A stretch of 64,000 bases of DNA, from positions 23,873 through 87,872 of the forward strand of contig JAUQPW010000005.1 of NCBI GenBank assembly GCA_030550175.1. The letters are read 5' to 3'. This document shows positions 8,969-16,947 of the stretch, piece by piece; positions within the stretch are counted from its first letter, which is position 1, and each line of letters begins with the position of its first letter. The stretch comes from a bacterium (GTDB taxonomy: Bacteria > Moduliflexota > Moduliflexia > Moduliflexales > JAUQPW01). The notes below the pieces were generated by a model. That model did not search any database. It was not told where the DNA came from and saw nothing but the letters and a program-made list of their open reading frames with translations. The position numbers were made by a program, and so were the translations under genes.

Positions 8969-11900
8969 TTATCCATGACCTTCCCAGATTGCCAGGGTTT
9001 CTTCCTGCAGGGATCGAACCTTGTCCACCATGTCCCTCAGCCTCTGATTATCAGGTTCGTACTGAAGGGCATTCTGATAGATGTGCATCGCTTCTCGATC
9101 TATGCGTTGATGTTTCAGACAACTTCGACTTAAGATCTGATAAACAAGTTTATTACGATGGCCCAGACGATACAGGCGCTTACAGATGGTCACCATCGCC
9201 TGCTCTTTGCTTAGATGATTTTCCCATATCTTATATTCTGATTCATCGGCTTTTAAATAAGCCTCCAGCAAAATGCTGAGAAGTTCCACATTATCAGGTT
9301 GAAATTCCAATGCCCTTTCATAGGCCCAGATGGCTCGTGGACCAGTCATTCTTCTCTGAAGGTAATAGTTAGCCAGAAGTAAGGCAGGGCCTCGCAGTTC
9401 TGGATCCAGGGAAAGGGCTTTATGATGGACCCAGAAAGCCCTGGCGTGAAAACGACCTGTTTTAAGATAAAGGGCACTTAACCGGGGAAAAATCCACACT
9501 TTCTTGGGATTCTTGTTCAGGAGTCGCTCATAAACCCGGATGACCTTGTCCCAGGCTCCCAAAGAGGCATAGAAGCGAATTTTAAGGCTCGAAGGTCTTA
9601 AGGAAAGAAGTATTCGGGTTGTCCCTAAAGCATTCCAGCACTCCATCAGCTTATTTCGAGATCGCTCTTTCCATTCGGGAATTTTGCGAATCTTCCGGAA
9701 CTCCCGAATAGCTTTACGGATTTTTCCCTGTTCCATATATAACAATCCCAACTGATAATGTGCAGCCGGAGCCTGGCCATCTTCTGTTGTCAGAAAGCGA
9801 TAGACAACTTCCAGTTTATTGAGGATAGTATCCAAGGTATGGGAGGGTACATCCCCTTTCCCGGAAGTCGATGGGGAGTTTTTACTGAACTTATAAGCAA
9901 GGGTTAGATATTCCCTGGCAAGGAGGGGTTTTCCCTTTGCCCAGAACAGGTCTGCTAACTTCAAGTAAAGATCCGTAAAAGAAGGATCTATGGGGATAAT
10001 CTCATGGAGGAAATCAATCCCCATAGCCAAAGTATTTGTTTTCTCACAGGCCTTTAGAAAAAGAGACAAAAATCTGAAATGGTCGGGATTTTCCGGAAGA
10101 AGTACCCAGGCCTTAAGGAGGATGGCATTTAACAGGGTCCGATTATAAGGATCTATTTTCAGCGCGTTTTCAAAAACCCAGAGGGCCCGCTCGCTGATCT
10201 TAAAGTTTCTCAGGTAACGGTAAGAGACCGGAATTATGGCCTCCGGATGGGTAAAGCCTAGAGATAAGGCACGGTCATAAACCTTTGCGGCTTCCTCATC
10301 CTGTCTTCCCATTTTGATATAAAGATCTGCCAGTAGGGGATAAATCCAAAGCTTATCCATCTGTTGGGAGTCCGTGGAAAGATCCTTCTCCAGCATCCTT
10401 TGGTAAATCTCGGCAGCTTTAGCATATCGGCCCAGAGTTTTATAAAAAGCTGCCTCCAGAACTTTGCTCTGGGTAAGTGAATCGAAAGATTTCTTCCTTC
10501 TCAAGATGAGGACAAAGAGAAGGCTTACCAGGATTCCCAGGCCTATGGTGGCATACCGAATCAGATTTCTTCGATATATTTCTTCATCTTTGGCTCTGCG
10601 CATCTGGTGTTCCTGTTGAGCGCGCAGAAGTTGACGTTCTCGTTGCTGATCTTCTTCCCAATATTGAAGGCCGGTTACTACCTCCTGGAGCTTTTGCAAG
10701 GTCTCAGGGTCGGCAGGATCTATCTCCAGGGCTTTTAAGAAGTAAGTTTTCGCGGCATCCCAATCCCATTCTTTTAGCTTTTCTTCCCCTAGACGCAGCA
10801 AAGGCTGGATTTGTTCTTGTTTTTGCCGGGTTATGAAAGAAACGGTCTGGTTCAGCTTTCTACGGGCATCTGAATGATAAGGATCTGCTTCCAGGGCTTT
10901 CTCAAAGAGTTTCCCGGCTTCTGTCCAGTCTTGCCGATCCATGGCAAGAGAGCCCCGGGCATAATAGAGGTTTGCCTGGAGCCTCTGGATTTGAAGGGTA
11001 GAATCGGGAATCGGGAATCGGGAATTTTCCAACTCAGATAGAGCCTGGCTAAAGTAGATAATGGCCTGGTCCCAGTTTTGTTGTTGAAGCTGGGCCTGCC
11101 CCTCCTGATGATTTTGATTTATAATGGCCTGTTGAAGCCGGCGCCGTGCTTCTTCGGTATCCTTCTCCTGAAGGGCCAACACAAAACTTTCCCTAGCTCG
11201 TGCCCATTGTTCCCGGCTAACCTGCTCGAGTCCTGTCTGGTACCATTGGGTATATCGGACCTCTCTCAAGTGGGTACGGGCTTCTTCGGTATCCAAAAAG
11301 CCCAAAGCCAGGGTAAAGCTGGCTCCTGCCTGGGACCACAAGCCCCGATCTGCCTGACTAAGGCCAGCTTCGTACCACTTATGATAACTGGCTTCCTGAA
11401 GTCCTTTTCGAGACTCTTCGGTATCCAGGGTACTTAAGGCAAGATTAAAATTTTCTATGGCATCGTCCCATCGTTTTTGTTTCATCCGCTCCATACCCAA
11501 ATCATACCATCGGTGATGGATCGCTTCCTTAAGCTTTTCTTTGACTTCGTCAACCGGTTTCACTTCCAAAGCCCGCTTTAAATTCTCAATAGCACTCTCC
11601 CATTTCCTTTCGGCCATCCGCATAAGGCCAAGCTTATACCATTTTTGAAAAATACTTTCAGGGTCTACGTTGGTCTTCTCCACCTTATCGGACTTTGCTT
11701 TATCCATTTCCTCCACTTTAGAGGGGGATGGAGGGGAGATTATTTCATCTTTAGGGGGTGGGGTTGCTTGGTCTTTGTTTTTCTCCTCCGGTTCTGTTTT
11801 CGGATTCTGTAAGCCTGGGGTGAGTTCGGTTGAATCAGAGGATCGACCCCTGATCTCTACTTTTTTACCGGGAGAATGTTGGGTGGAAGTCAGAGGTTTT

Positions 11901-14059
11901 TGTTTTTTCGTCTCACCACGTTCGGCTTTCAGCTTACTGAAACCGGCCTCCAGCTCTTTGCTTTTTAGAGTTTCCGGCCAGTCTATTCCCCATATCAGGG
12001 CGGTTCCATCGAAACTCCCGGATATTAACAAAGAGCCATCTTGATTAAAACTCAGACAATTAACCCAACTGGTATGACCTTTTAAGGTTTTGAGGAGTCG
12101 GCCTTCGTTCACGGTCCAGAGGAAGATGATGGAATCTGAACCGGCGCCTGCTAACCGGGATCCGTCCGGACTGAAGGCCAAGCTCCAAATGGGACCCGTA
12201 GGCCCCCGGAGAGTCCTCACTTCCCGGTTATCGGAAACACTCCAGAGGGTTACGGAATTATCCAGATTCCCTATAGCCAAAAGCTCTCCATCTGGACTCA
12301 AGGCCAGAGAGCTCATCCAGTTGCCGGGTCTTGTCAGGGTATGAATAGGCTCTCCCTGTTCTATATCCCAAAATATAACGGTTCCATCAGAGCCTGCCGA
12401 TATTAAAACCTTTCTATCGGGACTAAAAACAAGGGCCAAAACATCCTGGCTTTGGTTCCATAAGGTTTTCACCTTCTCTCCGGCCTGAAGATCCCAAAGG
12501 AAGATCACCTGATCGTCTCCCCCGGATGCCAAAAAAGCGTCGTCCGGGCTGAAAGCAAGTCTTAGAACAGAACCCCGGTGTCCCTCCAATACCCGCTGTT
12601 TCGCGCCACTTTGGGCATCCCAGAGGATAATCTGTTTATCCTCCCCACCTGAAGCCAGCAGGGTACCTTCTCGGTTAAAGGCAACGGTTCTTACAGCACC
12701 CAGATGGCCCTGTAGGGAAGAACGGGAGAGTTCAGAGTTACGTGGGCCTTCATCTTTTTCTTCTAGTTTTTTATTCTTCTTCCCTATCTGGATGAGGGGG
12801 GCCAGGTTCCATAGCTCTAACGTCCCGTTATCGCCTGCCAGGGCCAGAGTATCCTGGCTTATAGCCGAGGACCAAAGGGGAGAGGTATGATCCCATACCA
12901 CCGTAGGGGTAGAGTGGGCCACATCTCCATTTTGGAGATCCCATCGGACGAGCATATTTTCAGAACTGCTTGCGAGCAGGAAATGACCATCTGGGTTGAA
13001 AGCTACCGACCAGATATGATGGGCCGGACTCTGGAGGGTTTTCGATGCAGCGGCAGGTTCACGACCCCATTGGGAAATACTCCAAAGTCGCACGGTTCCA
13101 TCAAAACTTCCAGAAGCTAAGAAAGTTCCGTCAGGATTAAAAGCAACCGATTTCACGGCATCTTGATGATCTCGGATCACCTGGATCTTTTCCCCTTTTT
13201 TAATATCCCATAAAATCACGCTGGCATCATCGCTTCCAGAGGCTAACAAAGATCCCTGCGGGTTAAAAGCCAGGGACTGAACGGCATCTTGATGGCCCGA
13301 CAGAATTTTGTAGGAAAGTTGCCGGTCATCGGCTACGGCAGGTCTCAAATCGGTCAAAGCTTTCAGATCCCATAAAATCACCTGATGATCTGAACCACCG
13401 GAAGCCAGCAAAGTATGGTCCGGGTTAAAAGCCACCGATAGTACATGACCTCGATGACCCCGGAGTGTTCTGAGGGGTGAGGCCTGTTTAACTCCCGCTT
13501 TTAAATTCCAGAGAATAACCGTCTCATCATAGCTTCCAGAAGCCAGTAAAGTTCCATCCTTACTAAAGGCAAGAGCCGTAACCCAATTCTGATGACCGTG
13601 AAGGGTTGCTAATCTCTCTCCGGTTGCGGTTTTCCAAAGAATAATGGCTTTATCATATCCTCCAGAAGCTAAAATGGATCCATCGGGGCTAAAAGCGAGG
13701 GATCCAATGGGTCCAGTATGCCCCTGTAGCGGCATGCCTAATCGCATCTTAACTTCTGACAAAGTAGCCGGATCCCTTAATTCTATTCCTATGGATGTCG
13801 CTACGGCAACAGACTTACCATCCGGTGCATATTGGATGGTACTGATCCATCCTTTACCTAACCGTTGTAATAACCCGTCATCTGCCCTCTGTGGATCGTT
13901 ATCTGTAGTTTGGCGTTTATAATCTGCAGGGACATTTCCCGCCAGAACCTGGGCGTTAAAATAGAAGGAGACCTTAAACCCTTCTCTACCTAGGATCCCC
14001 ATTAAAAGGAGAATCCAGACACCCATCAAGATCTTTATGAATTTGAAAGAAACCCGCAT
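8969..14059 (-). CDS. Giant exported WD40 (about 14 blades)-linker-TPR-TM-TPR protein
   Basis: Signal/anchor MRVSFKFIKILMGVWILLLMGILG; 14 GH..S(L/V)AF.PDG..LASG..D....LW repeats; K/E/P-rich linker; 44-aa TPR-like repeats; TM YATIGLGILVSLLFVLIL followed by RRKK; C-terminal TPRs. Start moved from 14116. Confidence 0.85.
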   Translation of the reverse strand: MRVSFKFIKILMGVWILLLMGILGREGFKVSFYFNAQVLAGNVPADYKRQTTDNDPQRADDGLLQRLGKGWISTIQYAPDGKSVAVATSIGIELRDPATLSEVKMRLGMPLQGHTGPIGSLAFSPDGSILASGGYDKAIILWKTATGERLATLHGHQNWVTALAFSKDGTLLASGSYDETVILWNLKAGVKQASPLRTLRGHRGHVLSVAFNPDHTLLASGGSDHQVILWDLKALTDLRPAVADDRQLSYKILSGHQDAVQSLAFNPQGSLLASGSDDASVILWDIKKGEKIQVIRDHQDAVKSVAFNPDGTFLASGSFDGTVRLWSISQWGREPAAASKTLQSPAHHIWSVAFNPDGHFLLASSSENMLVRWDLQNGDVAHSTPTVVWDHTSPLWSSAISQDTLALAGDNGTLELWNLAPLIQIGKKNKKLEEKDEGPRNSELSRSSLQGHLGAVRTVAFNREGTLLASGGEDKQIILWDAQSGAKQRVLEGHRGSVLRLAFSPDDAFLASGGDDQVIFLWDLQAGEKVKTLWNQSQDVLALVFSPDRKVLISAGSDGTVIFWDIEQGEPIHTLTRPGNWMSSLALSPDGELLAIGNLDNSVTLWSVSDNREVRTLRGPTGPIWSLAFSPDGSRLAGAGSDSIIFLWTVNEGRLLKTLKGHTSWVNCLSFNQDGSLLISGSFDGTALIWGIDWPETLKSKELEAGFSKLKAERGETKKQKPLTSTQHSPGKKVEIRGRSSDSTELTPGLQNPKTEPEEKNKDQATPPPKDEIISPPSPSKVEEMDKAKSDKVEKTNVDPESIFQKWYKLGLMRMAERKWESAIENLKRALEVKPVDEVKEKLKEAIHHRWYDLGMERMKQKRWDDAIENFNLALSTLDTEESRKGLQEASYHKWYEAGLSQADRGLWSQAGASFTLALGFLDTEEARTHLREVRYTQWYQTGLEQVSREQWARARESFVLALQEKDTEEARRRLQQAIINQNHQEGQAQLQQQNWDQAIIYFSQALSELENSRFPIPDSTLQIQRLQANLYYARGSLAMDRQDWTEAGKLFEKALEADPYHSDARRKLNQTVSFITRQKQEQIQPLLRLGEEKLKEWDWDAAKTYFLKALEIDPADPETLQKLQEVVTGLQYWEEDQQRERQLLRAQQEHQMRRAKDEEIYRRNLIRYATIGLGILVSLLFVLILRRKKSFDSLTQSKVLEAAFYKTLGRYAKAAEIYQRMLEKDLSTDSQQMDKLWIYPLLADLYIKMGRQDEEAAKVYDRALSLGFTHPEAIIPVSYRYLRNFKISERALWVFENALKIDPYNRTLLNAILLKAWVLLPENPDHFRFLSLFLKACEKTNTLAMGIDFLHEIIPIDPSFTDLYLKLADLFWAKGKPLLAREYLTLAYKFSKNSPSTSGKGDVPSHTLDTILNKLEVVYRFLTTEDGQAPAAHYQLGLLYMEQGKIRKAIREFRKIRKIPEWKERSRNKLMECWNALGTTRILLSLRPSSLKIRFYASLGAWDKVIRVYERLLNKNPKKVWIFPRLSALYLKTGRFHARAFWVHHKALSLDPELRGPALLLANYYLQRRMTGPRAIWAYERALEFQPDNVELLSILLEAYLKADESEYKIWENHLSKEQAMVTICKRLYRLGHRNKLVYQILSRSCLKHQRIDREAMHIYQNALQYEPDNQRLRDMVDKVRSLQEETLAIWEGHG
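11001..11026. repeat. Heptamer tandem (GAATCGG)x3 inside the WD40/TPR coding sequence
   Basis: GAATCGGGAATCGGGAATCGGGAATT, encoding SRFPIPDS on the minus strand. Confidence 0.85.
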
Positions 14060-14127
14060 CTGGTTTTTGTTCTCTGTTATCCTTGTCCTCTGTCCTTCCT
14101 GCAGGAGGTATAACAATGGACAATAGA

Positions 14128-14988
14128 TTAAAGAGAATATCGAGCTTCCCAGGCTCGAACTTCTGGGAATCCTATGAGTTCATCCAATTCCTTAAAGCTG
14201 ATCATTTCTTCAACCAGCCCTTTCGTGGTGCCTTTTTCTTTTAGAACGGTGAGAGCTCTTTTCATGGCTGTGAGGGAGGCTAAGAGGAGGGTAATAGGAT
14301 AGGCAACCAACTTGAATCCGAAGGATTGTAATTCCTGGTTGGAGATCAAAGGGGTTTTTCCTCCTTCAACCATATTGGCCATGGTGGGGACTTTAAAAGA
14401 TCCTCCGGCCCGTTTCAATTCCTCTAACGTGGTAGGGGATTCGACAAAAATAATATCGGCTCCCGCCTTCTCATAGAGTTGTCCCCGGTAAATAGCATCC
14501 TCAATCCCGGTTACGGTAACGGCATCTGTTCGGGCAATGATCAGAAAGTCGTCGCTTTGTCTTGAGTTTACAGCCGCTTCTACCTTTAAGGCCATTTCCT
14601 TTGCATCGATGAGGCGTTTGCCGGGGGTATGCCCGCATTTTTTAGGTATTTCTTGATCTTCGATTTGAATGGCCTGAGCCCCTGCCCATTCATATTCCTG
14701 AACCGTTCGGCGTACATTAATTACATTCCCAAACCCGGTATCTCCATCGGCCACCACGGGAATATTTACCGACCTGGCCAGATTGTGGACCCGTTCCACC
14801 ATTTCTGCAAAGGAGATCAATCCGGCATCAGGAAGGCCCAGGTGCGACGCCGTATGGCCATACCCCGAGAGGTAAACAGCTTCAAATCCCGCCTGTTCGA
14901 TGACCTTACCGGAAACCATATCAAAGGAAGCCGGAACCACTAAAATTTGTTCCCGGCGTAGAAGCTCTCTTAAAGTAGCTTTTCTCAT
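14128..14988 (-). CDS. Isocitrate lyase/PEP mutase family lyase (PrpB/2,3-dimethylmalate lyase-like)
   Basis: YLSG, DGDTGFG, QIEDQEIPKKCGH, IIARTDA, IFVE, ANMVEGGKTP. Likely start MRKATLREL at 14988. Confidence 0.9.
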   Translation of the reverse strand: MRKATLRELLRREQILVVPASFDMVSGKVIEQAGFEAVYLSGYGHTASHLGLPDAGLISFAEMVERVHNLARSVNIPVVADGDTGFGNVINVRRTVQEYEWAGAQAIQIEDQEIPKKCGHTPGKRLIDAKEMALKVEAAVNSRQSDDFLIIARTDAVTVTGIEDAIYRGQLYEKAGADIIFVESPTTLEELKRAGGSFKVPTMANMVEGGKTPLISNQELQSFGFKLVAYPITLLLASLTAMKRALTVLKEKGTTKGLVEEMISFKELDELIGFPEVRAWEARYSL

Positions 14989-15076
14989 AGCCTTTCCCCT
15001 TTTCTTTCTCCTAAAACCCAATAGGGACTCCCTCTATAAGAAGACTTTCTCAAGTCGAGAAGGATACTTTAAACAG

Positions 15077-15178
15077 GTCCTCGCCACCGGCGATAGGAGC
15101 GAAGCCATCTCCTTCCCTGTGTAAAAGGGTTTCATCCCCTTCGCTGTGGGCTTCGACTTCCATCGCGGGGGCGAGGAC
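15077..15178. repeat. Structured ~100-nt palindromic element, family C copy 1
   Basis: Nested stems GTCCTCGCC/GGCGAGGAC, GCGAT/ATCGC, CGAAGCC/GGCTTCG; homologous to 60470-60577 in opposite orientation. Confidence 0.75.
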
Positions 15179-15363
15179 AGATTCTTTATCACTTAAAAGG
15201 TATAAAACCGAATTCAGCAAGGAAGTATATTTATTTTTACCGATTTGTAAAGCATCTTTTATAAGAAATTTATGAAGTTTGAGAATTTTTATTGCTTTTT
15301 TTCCCGAAATCTACTTTAATAAGAGAATAACCGTTTATCCTTTAACTATCATCCGGAGAGGAT

Positions 15364-16455
15364 ATGCTTATGGCACTAGATTTATCTACAGTCCTTGGTT
15401 TAGATATTGGTTCTCGTTATACCAAGCTGGTGGAACTCCGAAAATCCGGTAAGAAAATCGAGCTCGGTCGCAAACTCAAGGTTGAGACTCCCCAACAATT
15501 TGAAGAGATTCCGGCTTTTATTCAAGGGATCCTTCGGGATCACTTTACCGGGCTACCCCAACCCGAGAACCCTTTTTCGGCCTCTACCCTGGTATTAGGT
15601 ATGCCGAAAAGTCAAATTACCTTAAAGTATATTCAACTGGCTACCTCAGATCCCGAGCAAATTCACAAAGCTTTAGAATCTGAGGTGCGGAAGCTCCTTC
15701 CATTTCCTCCTAAAGACATTACCTTCTCTTACCATCTTCAAAAGAGGCTACTAAATAAAAAAGCACAAATACTTCTGGTTGCCTTAAGAAAGGATCTTTT
15801 GGATCAATATACCTCTATTTTAAAGGAAGGAGACTTTAATACCAGGATATTAGAAATCACTCCCATTGCCCAGATAAATTGTTACCTGTATAACTACAAT
15901 CCGAGTTCCAGAGAGAGCATCGCCCTTATGGATATAGGTGCGACGACCACCACCATAACCCTTTTAAAGGAAGAACTTCTTCGCTTTAGCCGGGATATCC
16001 CCATCGGGGGAGATACGGTCGTAACTGCCATTAAAGACAAGCTGAATCTCGACTGGGAAAGAGCCGCAGCCATGGAAATAAACCCAGGAATTGCTCTCAC
16101 TCCAAGGGAAGCTGATGAGACGGCCCGGGAGATCTATTACGCGTTAGAACCTATTTTAGATCAATTGATTATTGAAACCGAGCGATCTTTCAAGATTTCT
16201 TACTATGTAGATCATCCTAACCTGGTCACTCCTCAGGCTCTTGTGTTAATGGGAGGTGGGAGTCGGTTAAAGAATCTGGATAAGTACCTCGAAAGGCGCT
16301 TAAACGTACCTGTGATCAGAGCGAATCCATTTAACAAAATCGAAACCCCAGGAGAAGTAGAAGAAGATAACTCTATTTGGAGTATTGCAGTCGGATTAGG
16401 ATTGAGGGGATTGGTGGAGTTTCCGATCAGCTTTAATCTTTTCCCGGAGACTTGA
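15364..16455 (+). CDS. pilM: Type IV pilus assembly protein PilM (actin-like)
   Basis: LGLDIGS phosphate loop, ILLVA, ALMDIGATTT, IPIGG, LMGGGS.LKNL..YL, AVGLGLR. Confidence 0.9.
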   Translation: MLMALDLSTVLGLDIGSRYTKLVELRKSGKKIELGRKLKVETPQQFEEIPAFIQGILRDHFTGLPQPENPFSASTLVLGMPKSQITLKYIQLATSDPEQIHKALESEVRKLLPFPPKDITFSYHLQKRLLNKKAQILLVALRKDLLDQYTSILKEGDFNTRILEITPIAQINCYLYNYNPSSRESIALMDIGATTTTITLLKEELLRFSRDIPIGGDTVVTAIKDKLNLDWERAAAMEINPGIALTPREADETAREIYYALEPILDQLIIETERSFKISYYVDHPNLVTPQALVLMGGGSRLKNLDKYLERRLNVPVIRANPFNKIETPGEVEEDNSIWSIAVGLGLRGLVEFPISFNLFPET

Positions 16456-16593
16456 TCCTTTGCAAGGCAAGGACCAACGGGCAGGGACTCATCCCCTTTA
16501 CGTATACTATACTGTTCCGGCTCCACTGCCTGTGGCTTGCTGCTTTTTACCTATTACCTCCTGCTTCTGATACGCTACCCGGATCAACCTTGA
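16456..16593 (+). pseudogene. Possible decayed PilN-like remnant in frame after the pilM stop
   Basis: PilM ends ISFNLFPET, resembling the PilN INLLP motif. Reading through the TGA gives 45 aa with a hydrophobic stretch (GLLLFTYYLLLLI) before a second TGA. Confidence 0.3.
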
Positions 16594-16671
16594 AACTCCA
16601 GGCCATCTTCGAGGAGTTCTGCATCAGAGCCTGTTCTGAGATCTATCATATTCCTCTTTTTATCCATTCAT

Positions 16672-16715
16672 CCCTACACCCTTCTCCCGAAGCTTCAGGA
16701 GAGGGGTCGTGGGGG
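16672..16715. repeat. CCCTC-type hairpin (CCCGAAGCTTCAGG loop)
   Basis: CCCTTCTCC-CGAAGCTTCA-GGAGAGGGG; abuts MITE A copy 2. Confidence 0.75.
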
Positions 16716-16717
16716 CC

Positions 16718-16880
16718 TACGCGCCAGGATAAGAAGGTTAGCCCCGGCGGGGCAACCTGTTTCACAAGCCGCTGCTACGGAGCTTGAAGAAAATTCTGAA
16801 TGACTGAAACCCCCGACTTGCGTTGGGGGCTACCAACCGTTCACCCCTGACGGGGCTTTTTATCCTTATCCTGGCGTTTA
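16718..16880 (+). mobile_element. MITE family A, copy 2 (159 bp plus TA flanks)
   Basis: TA|CGCGCCAGGATAAG ... CTTATCCTGGCGTT|TA; colinear with copy 1 along its whole length. Confidence 0.85.
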
Positions 16881-16893
16881 TGCCCCCACCCCT

Positions 16894-16917
16894 TCCCTCC
16901 CCGTCCACGGGGAGGGA
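16894..16917. repeat. CCCTC-type hairpin
   Basis: TCCCTCCCCGT-CC-ACGGGGAGGGA, perfect 11-bp stem. Confidence 0.75.
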
Positions 16918-16947
16918 GAAGGAGGGAGGGGGTGAGGGAGCATAATT

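Noticed and set aside
14128-14988. PEP mutase / phosphonate pathway
   Set aside because: The active-site motif is KKCGH, the carboxylate-lyase type, and no phosphonate genes are nearby.
16453-16475. Selenocysteine read-through of the pilM TGA (a hairpin follows it)
   Set aside because: The hairpin loop is too close to the UGA for a bacterial SECIS, the position is not a Cys-equivalent, and a second stop follows after 45 codons.
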